A DNA stretch of 64,000 bases. It comes from Candidatus Abzuiibacterium crystallinum (GTDB lineage: Bacteria > Omnitrophota > Omnitrophia > Omnitrophales > Abzuiibacteriaceae). Location of the stretch: NCBI GenBank assembly GCA_002787155.1, contig PCVY01000016.1, positions 71,884 through 135,883 on the forward strand. Reading direction: 5' to 3'. A program made the translations under genes and the position numbers. Positions within the stretch are counted from its first letter, which is position 1, and the number at the start of each line of letters is the position of its first letter. The notes under the pieces were generated by a model that was not told the origin of the DNA, ran no database searches, and saw only the letters and a list, made by a program, of their open reading frames with translations. Shown in pieces: positions 18,144-27,628 of this stretch.

Positions 18144-18946
18144 ATAATCCATATTCCAAAAAAGAATTTCCTAAGATCAGGGCGGAACATCTGGGTGAGG
18201 AGGATGTGATAGAGATCCGCGCAAAAAAAGATTTTACCGATGAGGGGGCCGGCTACTTGCGGTATGCCATTGCAATTTTGGTTGCCCAAATCGTTATTTT
18301 TTTTGCAACGGTAGTTTTAATTCAGTCTTCAAAAATGAACACCCGTCAGCCGCCTGATGCTTCCGGACAGCAAGCTGATCATGCGGCGGGGAATGATCAA
18401 AAAATACAGTCCGCGGCCGCTCGGCCGATGGCGTCACCGAAACAGGAAGAATTAATCGTGGCACAATTTGATCATCATCAACTTGCCACAGAACTTGGTG
18501 GCCAGGTGAAGAGTATCATTGATCCCATGACGGCAAATGCTCTGACTTTAGGAGTTGACGAAGCTAATAAATTTGGCAGCACGGGAGGTTCGCTCCGTGT
18601 TAATTTTGCTTTTAAACCCAACCTGTATAAGCCGGCTTCATTCGTTATTGAACTGCCTAATACCGATTTGAGCAAATACTCTAAAATCTCTATGCGAATG
18701 AAAACCGCTACGGTTGTTGATCGCGCACCCAAAGCCGAGGTGGATTTGCTGGGAACGAAAAACGAACACATTACTTTCGGAGTCGCAGATGTCTTTACAT
18801 TTTGGAAGACGTACACATTTGATCTAAGAACCGAAGCCAGTAAGTTGAAATTAAATGCACTTTCGGCGTTAAGAATAAATTTATATTCATTGGGACAAGA
18901 AAGTGCCGGCACCTGGTACATCGATGAGATAAAACTTAGCGCGTAA
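18104..18946 (+). CDS. Hypothetical membrane-anchored protein with a beta-rich C-terminal domain
   Basis: Single transmembrane helix (YAIAILVAQIVIFFATVVLI), a low-complexity linker, then a beta-sandwich-like C-terminal domain. Overlaps the cca 3' end by 40 nt. The true start is uncertain. Confidence 0.4.
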   Translation: MGAAHLSEKEPRLDNPYSKKEFPKIRAEHLGEEDVIEIRAKKDFTDEGAGYLRYAIAILVAQIVIFFATVVLIQSSKMNTRQPPDASGQQADHAAGNDQKIQSAAARPMASPKQEELIVAQFDHHQLATELGGQVKSIIDPMTANALTLGVDEANKFGSTGGSLRVNFAFKPNLYKPASFVIELPNTDLSKYSKISMRMKTATVVDRAPKAEVDLLGTKNEHITFGVADVFTFWKTYTFDLRTEASKLKLNALSALRINLYSLGQESAGTWYIDEIKLSA

Positions 18947-18954
18947 AAGGAAAT

Positions 18955-19506
18955 TTGATGAAATTATGTGTGACGGTTTCAGGGAAGGACCAGAGCGGTA
19001 TTATTGCCGACGTCACATCCGTCTTTTACCGTTTAAAGGGTAATTTACAGGATGCCACCATGAGCATTTTGTGCGGCGAGTTTGCCATGATTTTTATTGT
19101 AGCGTTACCCAGCCAAAAGCAGCTGAGTGTGCTGGAAAGTTATTTAAAGCGGCTGGAAGCAAAACGAAAGTTAAGCATTGATATCCGGCCTTTATCACCA
19201 GCCAAAAAAAAGAAAATTCCTCACGCAACACAGTACGAAATGCCCTACTATGTTTCGATATTTGGTGAAGACAGGGCAGGCATTGTTTACCATGTCAGTC
19301 ATCTGCTGGCAAGCCGCGGGTTGAATATCACTGATTTGAATTCAAAGTTAATACAAATGGGTAAGAAAAAGATTTATGGTTTAGCGCTTGAAGTTGATAT
19401 TCCAAAATCAAAAGACATCAAGTCAGTCGAAAAAGGGTTGCGGCAAGTCGCTAAGCGCTATCGAGCTGATCTTGTTTTTAAACCTGTCGAACCACTGCCG
19501 CTTTAA
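18955..19506 (+). CDS. Tandem ACT-domain protein (GcvR-like)
   Basis: Two ACT-like segments: CVTVSGKDQSGIIADVT and VSIFGEDRAGIVYHVSHLLASRGLNI. Confidence 0.5.
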   Translation: MMKLCVTVSGKDQSGIIADVTSVFYRLKGNLQDATMSILCGEFAMIFIVALPSQKQLSVLESYLKRLEAKRKLSIDIRPLSPAKKKKIPHATQYEMPYYVSIFGEDRAGIVYHVSHLLASRGLNITDLNSKLIQMGKKKIYGLALEVDIPKSKDIKSVEKGLRQVAKRYRADLVFKPVEPLPL

Positions 19507-19510
19507 ATTC

Positions 19511-20032
19511 ATGTCTGTTAAACCCATCGTGTTGTACCCGGATCATATACTGCGAAAGTCAGTCAAACGTGTTCAGGGCATCACCTCATTTGAACGAGGA
19601 ATCATTAGGGATCTCATTGACACCATGGCTGTTCAACCTGGCGGTATTGGCATTGCAGCCCCGCAAATTGGCTATGATCGAGCGATTGCCGTTATAGATG
19701 TCAGTAGCAGAGAAAAGGGCAAAAAACGGCTTATTCTGGTGAATCCTGAGCTATTAACAGGGGAGGGGGCAAAAATAGGCAGAGAAGGGTGTATGAGTTT
19801 ACCGCATCACACAGGCAATGTTTCGCGGTATGAGAGAGTGACAGTTCATTATCATGATGAAGATTTCAAAGTCCGTCAAATAGCGGCCGCTGGTATTGAA
19901 GCGATTTGTCTTCAGCACGAACTCGATCATTTAAATGGCTATTTGTTTTTAGACCGTGTTCACTCAGTTGCGCGCGATGTTTTTCGTCGGAAAGTCTATC
20001 GACGGCACCCGCCATCGGCTTCAAAAAAGTAA
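19511..20032 (+). CDS. def: Peptide deformylase
   Basis: GIGIAAPQIG, EGCMSLP and QHELDHLNG motifs. I chose ATG 19511 (MSVKPIVLYPD), which removes the overlap created by the ORF-track start at 19388. Confidence 0.85.
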   Translation: MSVKPIVLYPDHILRKSVKRVQGITSFERGIIRDLIDTMAVQPGGIGIAAPQIGYDRAIAVIDVSSREKGKKRLILVNPELLTGEGAKIGREGCMSLPHHTGNVSRYERVTVHYHDEDFKVRQIAAAGIEAICLQHELDHLNGYLFLDRVHSVARDVFRRKVYRRHPPSASKK

Positions 20033-20069
20033 TTTTATTATTTCGACTATTTATTGTAGAATCAAACCC

Positions 20070-21713
20070 ATGCAGCCAGTCATTAAGAAAATTTGCAATC
20101 TTATTAATGCCGAAAGTCTAGAACTGCAATTAGCGGCTATTCGCGTGCTGGCGGAACTTCAGGTGCGGGACCCTCAAGTAGTTCAGCTGATCGGACAGCG
20201 CATCAAAAAAGCTTCTTCGCCGCAGTTAAGGGTTGCTTTGTTAGAGATTGTGGCAAAAACGCCCGTCACCGCTTATCTTCCGCACTTAATTGACGCGTTA
20301 CAAAGCTCCGAAATGCAGCGTGATCGCATCGTGTCAATCATGACGCAAATGGGGCCGGGCGCAGTGCCTTATTTGCGAAAAGCTTACAAAAAGGTTACCT
20401 ATCAAACCAAGCAAGCCATCTTAGATGTGTTTGCACGACTAAAGAGCAGGGAGGCAATCGATTTCCTTTTAATGGCTTTGCTTGATCAAAGCAATTTTGA
20501 ACACCTGCGGTATGTATGCAGTTTATTGCGGCCGATCCTGGCGCAGGCGGAGCGGAAGAACCGTTCGTGGCTCCGGACTCGAATTGTTCGTTTTGTGAAC
20601 CGCACTGATGTGAAGAAAAACGCCTCGGTTTTAACCTCCGGTATTATTTTGATGGGATATTTAGGGGACGTTTCTTTTAAAAAAAATCTTTTGAAATTCA
20701 TCGCAACGAATCGCGAGTTAGGTGTGCGTAAATTTGCACTCATTTCGCTGTCGCTGCTCCCGCTGGAGAAAAAGGGAAATGAAGACGTCATAAAAGCGTT
20801 ATTCCCGCTTTTACACCATGATGATTTTTCAAACATTGTTAAAAACGCGATTGCCACCTTGGAAAAACAGACGCTTCCGGAAAAATATAAGAAACAACTA
20901 ACGAAGCTCTTAGAAAGCCATCATCCGTCCGTACGAAGTTTTGCGCTCTCAAAATTGGGGACATACGATTCGAAAGAAAATGTTTCGACTTTAACGCGTT
21001 ATTTGGATTCTAATGATTTTAGGATCCGGGACGCGGCTAAATCTTCGCTAGAAAAAATGTCACGCGCTGTCCCGGCTTTGTTGATTCAATTTGACCACGC
21101 AAGCGGTCCGGAAAAAGCTAGTCAAATTATTCATATTCTGCAGTCCCACAAGATTTACTTTAAAAAGCGAGCGGCTTGTCAGAGCATCGTGAAACGGGCT
21201 GAAAAGCTAGTGAAACAAAATAATGAGCAGTACAAGCGTTATTTTGCGCTCTTAAAAGCTGTGAATCCTGATTATTTATATACTTATGTGATGACAAGTG
21301 TTAAAGCGTTCCAACGAAAGAAGAAATGGGATCAAGCTCTGTTTTACTTGAATCAAATTGAAGGAAGTGTCCTGTTTAATGAAGAAGCGCGATTTGCCTA
21401 TATGGTTAACCTTCTAAAACGTTCAAAACAGGACCTTTCAAGCGCTTATCGCGACCAAGACAAGGGACTTTTGATGCTTCAAAGCATGGTTAAATCAGCC
21501 GGAGCCAGTTTTGCGAAACGGATCCAAAAGGAGAAGGCCTTTGATCCCAAAGACAAGTACTATATTGGATTTCACTTTTCAGAGAAGTTGTTTGATCTTC
21601 GGGAATTCGGGATTCAAGTATTGAAACAACTGGCTAAAGGGAATACAACGTTGGGGCGGCTTGCCAAGAAGAAGTTAAGCATTGTCGGGAGTCTTTCTGC
21701 AGCAGCAGTTTAG
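20070..21713 (+). CDS. HEAT/PBS-lyase repeat protein, hypothetical
   Basis: Repeated ~30-aa helical repeats of the type IRVLAELQVRDP, SVRSFALSKLG and FRIRDAAKSSL. Start taken at ATG 20070 to avoid overlap with def. Confidence 0.5.
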   Translation: MQPVIKKICNLINAESLELQLAAIRVLAELQVRDPQVVQLIGQRIKKASSPQLRVALLEIVAKTPVTAYLPHLIDALQSSEMQRDRIVSIMTQMGPGAVPYLRKAYKKVTYQTKQAILDVFARLKSREAIDFLLMALLDQSNFEHLRYVCSLLRPILAQAERKNRSWLRTRIVRFVNRTDVKKNASVLTSGIILMGYLGDVSFKKNLLKFIATNRELGVRKFALISLSLLPLEKKGNEDVIKALFPLLHHDDFSNIVKNAIATLEKQTLPEKYKKQLTKLLESHHPSVRSFALSKLGTYDSKENVSTLTRYLDSNDFRIRDAAKSSLEKMSRAVPALLIQFDHASGPEKASQIIHILQSHKIYFKKRAACQSIVKRAEKLVKQNNEQYKRYFALLKAVNPDYLYTYVMTSVKAFQRKKKWDQALFYLNQIEGSVLFNEEARFAYMVNLLKRSKQDLSSAYRDQDKGLLMLQSMVKSAGASFAKRIQKEKAFDPKDKYYIGFHFSEKLFDLREFGIQVLKQLAKGNTTLGRLAKKKLSIVGSLSAAAV

Positions 21714-21731
21714 TTGTTGATTGTATAATGA

Positions 21732-21759
21732 ACGTCCTATAATATATCTTATGTAAGAT
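21732..21759. other. dif: dif-like XerC/XerD chromosome dimer resolution site
   Basis: ACGTCCTATAATATATCTTATGTAAGAT has the 11-bp arm, 6-bp AT-rich centre and 11-bp arm layout with a TTATGT..A..T XerD half-site. It matches a remembered 28-bp degenerate dif consensus at about 26 of 28 positions. Sits in the only convergent intergenic gap, where gene orientation switches from all + to all -. Confidence 0.6.
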
Positions 21760-21781
21760 GTACTACTGATAAAAACCGCGC

Positions 21782-22780
21782 TCACCAATCCTTCTCGACA
21801 TACTCATCCTCGCGCTTCTTCTCCGGAGGTCGCCTGACAATCTGCAGCTCCTGCTCGCCATCCTTAAGTGCATCCAGGATTCGCAAGGCATCTTCTTTTG
21901 ACATTTGACCTTGCAAGTATTCACCGGCTTTAGTACCGCCCTGATTCACTAACTCCTGTTTTTCTGATTGATTTGGCTTTAATTCAGCTTGCTGCTGTGG
22001 CTGTTGTTGCTGAGGCTTTTGGTTAGGTTCGGGCTGCTGCTGGTTCTGTTGCTCATCTTGCTGATTTTTCGGCTTTTTTTGCTCGGTTTCCTTACTTTCC
22101 TGATCATTTTGCTGCTGATTCTGCTCACCCTTTTCTTGTTTTTGATCTTTAGATTGATCTTGCCCTTGATCTTGCTGGTCCTGTTTCGAATCTGATCCGC
22201 CTTGGTTTTGGTTTTGCTGCTGATTTTGGGACTGATTGTTCTGATTCTGATTTTGCTGTTGCTTCTGGTTCTGGTTTTTTTGATTTTCCTGCTGCTTTTC
22301 GTTTTGGCGGTCACGTTCCTTTTGCTTATCTTCAAAAGCGCCTTTTTTCTTCATCAGGAGTTCTAAATTGTGTTTAGCATCTCGATCTTCAGGATCAAGA
22401 TCCAGCGTTTTTTTGTAAGCTTCGACGGCTTTCTCAAAATCCCCCAAGCGGTATTGCCCATTACCGTAGTTATACCAGTATTGCGCCAACATTTTCTTAT
22501 CAGTTTTCTGGTCTTTTGTTTCTTGAATCGCTTTATCCAGTGAAGCCCCCGCATTTACAAAGTCACCCGCTTTGTAGAGAGTCGTCCCAATGTTGTAATG
22601 CACTTCCGGCCGATGGGGGCTTTTGACTTGTGCTTTCTGGAATTGTTCAAGCGCTGATTGATACTTTTTTTGTTCGAACAAATCGTTTCCTTTTTTCGTC
22701 AGGCCGGATGCTGAATCAAACCATGCACTGAAGAAACCTAAAAAACAAAATAGTATGAAAATTCGGAAAAATGGCATCAT
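21782..22780 (-). CDS. TPR-repeat protein with a long Q/N-rich low-complexity region (BatC-like)
   Basis: N-terminal transmembrane/signal segment. TPR motifs (YQSALEQFQKA, YNIGTTLYKAGDF). About 130 aa of QNQ/KQ-rich low complexity. Last gene of the MoxR-vWA array. Start trimmed to the MMPFF Met so it abuts the batB stop. Confidence 0.55.
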   Translation of the reverse strand: MMPFFRIFILFCFLGFFSAWFDSASGLTKKGNDLFEQKKYQSALEQFQKAQVKSPHRPEVHYNIGTTLYKAGDFVNAGASLDKAIQETKDQKTDKKMLAQYWYNYGNGQYRLGDFEKAVEAYKKTLDLDPEDRDAKHNLELLMKKKGAFEDKQKERDRQNEKQQENQKNQNQKQQQNQNQNNQSQNQQQNQNQGGSDSKQDQQDQGQDQSKDQKQEKGEQNQQQNDQESKETEQKKPKNQQDEQQNQQQPEPNQKPQQQQPQQQAELKPNQSEKQELVNQGGTKAGEYLQGQMSKEDALRILDALKDGEQELQIVRRPPEKKREDEYVEKDW

Positions 22781-23778
22781 AATTTTCGCCGATCTGATAA
22801 TAAAGTCGAAAACATGCACAAAGTGAGCCCCATTGCCACAAAAAGCTGAAAATGATCTTCCCGTTCAATGACAAGCTGTTCCTTGAATTCTTGTTTGCCG
22901 AGACTCTGCATGTGCTGATAAATCAACTCTGTTTCGCGCTCAGCGGCAGAAGCTCTGAAATAAAGCCCTTCCGTTTCTTGCGCTAACTGCTTGAGAAAAG
23001 ATTCATCCAGCCTGGTAATGACCACCTGCCCTTCCCTGTCTTTTTTATAGCCCATTGACTTCCCCTCTTTGGATTTTAAGGGGATAGGTTCTCCGTCAGG
23101 CGATCCGATTCCAACGGTGTAAATTTTGACGTTTTCTTTTTTGGCTAACGCGATCGCCTCATCGGCTTGTCCTGCAAGTGATTCACCGTCACTCAAGATA
23201 ACAATGGCGCGATATTTCTTTTGGCTTTCAGGGAAAGAGTGCACCGCTGTTTTAATGCCCTCGCTGAGATTAGTCCCGGGATCCGGAATATAGCCGGCAA
23301 AAATAGAGTTAATAAACAAAGTAAACGCTGAATAATCTAATGTGAGCGGTGACTGCAAAAAGCCTGTGCCGGCAAACGTGACAATGCCAATCCGATCACC
23401 TTTCAAATGCCGCAAGAACGATTTCATCAGGAATTTTGCTTTCTCTAAGCGGTTTGGCTTTACATCTTCGGCCAACATGCTGAGAGATGAATCAACCATA
23501 AATATAATGTCCACACCACGGCGTTTCAATTGTTTCTTTTCCTCTCCCCATTGCGGCTGTGCTAGTCCAACCAACAAAAAAGTAATCCCTAAAATCAGCA
23601 AAGCTGCCTTCCAAAAATACTTCGTAGAACTAAACGAACTGATGAGTTGTTTAATCGTATCAAGCATGCCTAGGGATCGGAGCGCGCGCATCCGCCTTTG
23701 CCACAGCCAGAGATAAAAAACCACGAGGGCTGGCACCAGCCAAAGCAACACCAGGTTATTCGAATGATAGAACTGCAT
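22777..23778 (-). CDS. von Willebrand factor A domain membrane protein (BatB-like)
   Basis: Two N-terminal transmembrane helices. vWA MIDAS motif DSSLSM and ...TDG.... Confidence 0.65.
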   Translation of the reverse strand: MQFYHSNNLVLLWLVPALVVFYLWLWQRRMRALRSLGMLDTIKQLISSFSSTKYFWKAALLILGITFLLVGLAQPQWGEEKKQLKRRGVDIIFMVDSSLSMLAEDVKPNRLEKAKFLMKSFLRHLKGDRIGIVTFAGTGFLQSPLTLDYSAFTLFINSIFAGYIPDPGTNLSEGIKTAVHSFPESQKKYRAIVILSDGESLAGQADEAIALAKKENVKIYTVGIGSPDGEPIPLKSKEGKSMGYKKDREGQVVITRLDESFLKQLAQETEGLYFRASAAERETELIYQHMQSLGKQEFKEQLVIEREDHFQLFVAMGLTLCMFSTLLSDRRKL

Positions 23779-23780
23779 GA

Positions 23781-24764
23781 TTAAGGAACCTTTAAGAAGA
23801 AAGTATTACGGATGATGATTTCGAGCAATAAAATTAGAATGCCAGGCCATAAAAAATAATCAAAGAGTTCATTGAAGCTCTGATATTCTTGAACTTTGAA
23901 ATCACTTTTCTCAAGTTTGTCAATTTTCTCATAAACTTGCGAAAGCATTTGAGCATCACGTGCGGGGAAATATAACCCGCCGGTAATATCGGCGATGCGT
24001 TTGAGCATACGCTCGTCAATAGCCACTTCAGCCTGCACATACCGTTTGCCAAAAATAGGATCATCAATCGGGAACGGCACCAAGCCCCCTGTTCCGATAC
24101 CGATGGTGTAGATGCGGATACCGAAGCTTTTGGCTAATTCAGCAGCTGTCACAGGATCAATGTTGCCCGCATTATTGTCGCCGTCCGTCAACAGAATAAT
24201 GATCCTGCTCTTGGCATCGCTGTCCCGTAACCGATTAACTGCATTGGCAATGGCAAGTCCGATGGCAGTCCCATCTTTAATTAAACCGATTTGCACGTCA
24301 TCAATAAGGCGCGTCAGCACATGGTAATCAAGCGTGAGCGGACATTGGGTGTAACTCTTGCCGGCAAAAACTACCAAGCCGATTCTGTCGCTATGCCTTC
24401 CTTTGATAAAGCGTTTTGCTTCTTCTTTGGCGACGCTAATTCGATTGGCAGGCTTGAAGTCTTCGGCTAGCATCGACCCCGAGATATCCAAAGCTAAAAC
24501 AATGTCAATCCCGCTCGCTTCGAATTCTCTTTCAGCGGATACCTGCTGCGGGCGCGCAAGCGCAGCTATTATTAATAAGAAAGCAACGAGCCGTGCTAGG
24601 TCAAAATAAAATTGGATCCGGCGGGCACTGCCGATCTGAGAAATACGGGCGAATGGCGTAATGGATGAGAATCGGATAGAACTGCTGCGTTTTCTCTTGA
24701 ACCAAAACAGAATAACAGGCAAAAGCACTATGAAAGCAAAAAATTGCGGATCTTTAAAAGTCAT
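23781..24764 (-). CDS. von Willebrand factor A domain membrane protein (BatA-like)
   Basis: N-terminal transmembrane helices. vWA MIDAS motif DISGSM...LLTDGDNN. C-terminal transmembrane helix. Confidence 0.65.
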   Translation of the reverse strand: MTFKDPQFFAFIVLLPVILFWFKRKRSSSIRFSSITPFARISQIGSARRIQFYFDLARLVAFLLIIAALARPQQVSAEREFEASGIDIVLALDISGSMLAEDFKPANRISVAKEEAKRFIKGRHSDRIGLVVFAGKSYTQCPLTLDYHVLTRLIDDVQIGLIKDGTAIGLAIANAVNRLRDSDAKSRIIILLTDGDNNAGNIDPVTAAELAKSFGIRIYTIGIGTGGLVPFPIDDPIFGKRYVQAEVAIDERMLKRIADITGGLYFPARDAQMLSQVYEKIDKLEKSDFKVQEYQSFNELFDYFLWPGILILLLEIIIRNTFFLKVP

Positions 24765-24767
24765 ACA

Positions 24768-25748
24768 TCACGGCGATTGAACGGATGGCGGAATGTGACC
24801 GCCATTTGCTGTGTCTATTTTAGTTATATCAATTATTTCTTTAGAAAATCGGTTCAATTCAAGCACTTCAGCGGGTGAAGGTTTGTATTTGGCAAACTTA
24901 GCTAAGTCACAAAATTCCAATGTTTGGCGAATGAGGGTCAAGGTTTTTCCATCCAGATTCTTTTGCCGAATAGATTGCATGACTTCATCCGTGGTGGATT
25001 CGAGTGCTGAAAAATAAAACCGGCGTTCAAAGTACCGGCGGATAATTTCAGAAAGCTGAAAAAAGTACTCACGGTAAAGCTGCTGCTTGAGTAAGTTGGA
25101 TTCTATTAATCGATTTAATGCTCGATAGGCCTCTTCGTCAGCTGAAAGAGCAGGCTGTTCTCCCATCGCTGTCATGTGTTTTTTTTGACGATTGAACAGC
25201 CGCCATATAGCAGCAATCACAAGAAGGCCTGTGATCAGCGCTAGCCAAATCCATCGTGAATGTTGGAAAAGCAAAATTCCTTTAACGTCCTTAATATCTT
25301 GGCTAGCGCTTTGTCCCTGGTCAATGCTTTCAACGGTTAAGTAAAGTTGGTTGGTTTCAGTGCTTTGCGGTGTTCGGTTCTGGTCGAGATAGCTGATAAT
25401 GGCTGGAGCCATGACGTACTCCCCTACTTGGTAACTGGTAAAAACAACGTCTCTCCCCTCCTCAATTTGTCCGTCCGATTTTTCTTGTTTAAAAGGCGTG
25501 TCTTGTTTAACCTCAAAATCTTTTAGCGGCTCAGCGGTGTTAATTTGCGTGATTTGAATCTTAGGATCATGCGTAACCGTGATTTTAAAATGGACTTGAT
25601 CACCAATGGTGATGAAGGCATTATCAACGGCTGATTTGACTGAAATATCAGCGTCTTCTGCACCGATCGCTCCCAGTGGGCAGTAAAGGATAGATAAGGT
25701 GTAAAACAGCAAAAAAAGGCTAATTACACGCGATTTCAAGCCCATCAT
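24768..25748 (-). CDS. Hypothetical signal-peptide / single-TM protein with a cytoplasmic C-terminal tail (BatD/DUF4381-like architecture)
   Basis: Signal peptide, beta-rich ectodomain, TM WIWLALITGLLVIAAIW and a charged helical tail. Position between the DUF58 and vWA genes. Confidence 0.4.
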   Translation of the reverse strand: MMGLKSRVISLFLLFYTLSILYCPLGAIGAEDADISVKSAVDNAFITIGDQVHFKITVTHDPKIQITQINTAEPLKDFEVKQDTPFKQEKSDGQIEEGRDVVFTSYQVGEYVMAPAIISYLDQNRTPQSTETNQLYLTVESIDQGQSASQDIKDVKGILLFQHSRWIWLALITGLLVIAAIWRLFNRQKKHMTAMGEQPALSADEEAYRALNRLIESNLLKQQLYREYFFQLSEIIRRYFERRFYFSALESTTDEVMQSIRQKNLDGKTLTLIRQTLEFCDLAKFAKYKPSPAEVLELNRFSKEIIDITKIDTANGGHIPPSVQSP

Positions 25749-26620
25749 TTCCTCTTTTCACGTTCACGAAATAGCTTGATCAGAGGCTCGGTGTAAGAAC
25801 CGTCTGTTTGAATATCAACGCGGTCAATCCCAATGGATCGAAACAAACGGTTTAGGCGTAAAAAACGTTCTTCAAAATGCCGTTGATAAGCATCGCAAAT
25901 TTGCTTTGAGCGGGTATCGACGAGGACTTTTTCTCCCGTTTCCGCATCCTCCAATTCTAACATAGCAGATCGAGGCAGTTTTTTTTCCCGGGGATCCACT
26001 AACCGGATGGCAATCACATCGTGCTTACGGCCGAGCACCTTAAGAGGCTTTTCATAACCGTCATCCATAAAGTCGGACACAATAAAAATGATCGCATTAC
26101 GGCGCAAGGATTTCTGAAGATGTTCAAGCGCAGCTTTTAAATTGGTTTTTTTCCGCTTTGGTTCGTAGAAAAGAATTTCACGGATAACCCTCAAAGCGTG
26201 GCTGCGGCCTTTTTTAATGGGGACAATTTTCTCAATTTCATCGGTAAAAATTAAGAGACCGACCTTATCATTGTTTCGAATTGCCGAAAATGCCAGCAAT
26301 GCACAAATTTCAGCAGCAATGGTGGATTTGAATTTAGAGGCAGTTCCAAAGTGCTGTGAGCCCGAACCATCCACAACGAACAAGACGGTCAGTTCACGTT
26401 CTTCAACATACTTCTTTACAAAGGTTTTATCCGACCGCGCCGTCACATTCCAATCAATCGTACGAATGTCATCGCCCGGAACATATTCGCGCACATCAGC
26501 AAATTCAATTCCTTGGCCTTTAAAAATCGACCCGTACTCTCCGCCGAATAAGTCATTGACCAAGCGGTTGGTTCGAATTTCAATGCGCTTAACTTGTTTT
26601 AGAACATCTTTTGGAATCAT
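25745..26620 (-). CDS. DUF58 family protein (MoxR partner, vWA-like)
   Basis: Motif LTVLFVVDGSGSQHF. Immediately downstream of, and overlapping, the MoxR ATPase gene. Confidence 0.7.
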   Translation of the reverse strand: MIPKDVLKQVKRIEIRTNRLVNDLFGGEYGSIFKGQGIEFADVREYVPGDDIRTIDWNVTARSDKTFVKKYVEERELTVLFVVDGSGSQHFGTASKFKSTIAAEICALLAFSAIRNNDKVGLLIFTDEIEKIVPIKKGRSHALRVIREILFYEPKRKKTNLKAALEHLQKSLRRNAIIFIVSDFMDDGYEKPLKVLGRKHDVIAIRLVDPREKKLPRSAMLELEDAETGEKVLVDTRSKQICDAYQRHFEERFLRLNRLFRSIGIDRVDIQTDGSYTEPLIKLFREREKRK

Positions 26621-27609
26621 TAGGGAACTTCAATTTGGTCAAAGATTTTGCCAACAATGTCCTCGGATCGCATCTCTTCCGCTTCCGCCTCATAAGTGAC
26701 GATGACGCGATGGCGTAAAACGTCCATCCCAATTTGCTTAACATCCTCGGGCGTCACATATCCCCTGCCCTTCAAAAAAGCTTGTGCTTTTGCGGCAACC
26801 GTCAACATAATGCTGGCTCTCGGAGAAGCGCCAAAATTAATCAACGGTTTCAAGGAATCCAGTTTGTAGTTTTCGGGGTTTCGAGTCGCAAACACAATGT
26901 CGAGAATGTAATCCTTTATTTTTTCATCGACATAGATTTGGTTGACTAATTTTCGCAGGTCAAGAATATGCTTGGCTTCCATCACAGGCTGCACTTGGAT
27001 TTCGGTTCCGGTTGACATGCGTTCTAAGATTTCTTTTTCTTCTTTTCTGGTTGGGTAAGTAACCGAAAGCTTAAGCATGAAGCGGTCAACTTGTGCTTCA
27101 GGCAGCGGATAAGTTCCTTCTTGTTCAATGGGATTTTGGGTTGCCAGAACCAGAAATGGATCATCCAGTTTAAATGTCGTGTCACCGATTGTTACTTGGC
27201 GTTCTTGCATAGCTTCCAAGAGAGCGCTTTGCACTTTTGAAGGGGCGCGGTTAATTTCATCTGCCAGAATAATGTGAGAAAAAATTGGTCCTTTTTTTGT
27301 AGTGAAATGTCCGTCTTTGGGATTGTAAACCAAAGTACCGATCAAATCGGCCGGTAGAAGGTCTGGGGTGAACTGGATTCGCTGAAAATCGGTACGGATG
27401 GCATTTGCCAGCGTCCGCACAGCGGTTGTTTTTGCCAATCCAGGCACGCCTTCTATTAAAATGTGTCCATTGCCGAGCAGCCCGATCATTAAGCGTTCAA
27501 TCAGATATTTCTGTCCAACCATCACCTTGTTTATTTCTTGAAACAGTGTTTCAAGTTTGGTGTGTTCGGACTTAATTTTATCCCCAAGTTCACGGATGCT
27601 AGCTTGCAT
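26620..27609 (-). CDS. moxR: MoxR-family AAA+ ATPase
   Basis: Walker A GVPGLAKT. Walker B ILADEINRA. Typical ~330-aa MoxR length. Confidence 0.85.
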   Translation of the reverse strand: MQASIRELGDKIKSEHTKLETLFQEINKVMVGQKYLIERLMIGLLGNGHILIEGVPGLAKTTAVRTLANAIRTDFQRIQFTPDLLPADLIGTLVYNPKDGHFTTKKGPIFSHIILADEINRAPSKVQSALLEAMQERQVTIGDTTFKLDDPFLVLATQNPIEQEGTYPLPEAQVDRFMLKLSVTYPTRKEEKEILERMSTGTEIQVQPVMEAKHILDLRKLVNQIYVDEKIKDYILDIVFATRNPENYKLDSLKPLINFGASPRASIMLTVAAKAQAFLKGRGYVTPEDVKQIGMDVLRHRVIVTYEAEAEEMRSEDIVGKIFDQIEVP

Positions 27610-27628
27610 AGATTCCTCCAGTATTTTG

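Noticed and set aside
21989-22335. Antisense and alternate-frame ORFs (68 aa Leu-rich; 118 aa K/S-rich) inside the Q/N-rich coding region
   Set aside because: These are low-complexity mirror translations of the repetitive CAA/CAG DNA and are not independent genes.
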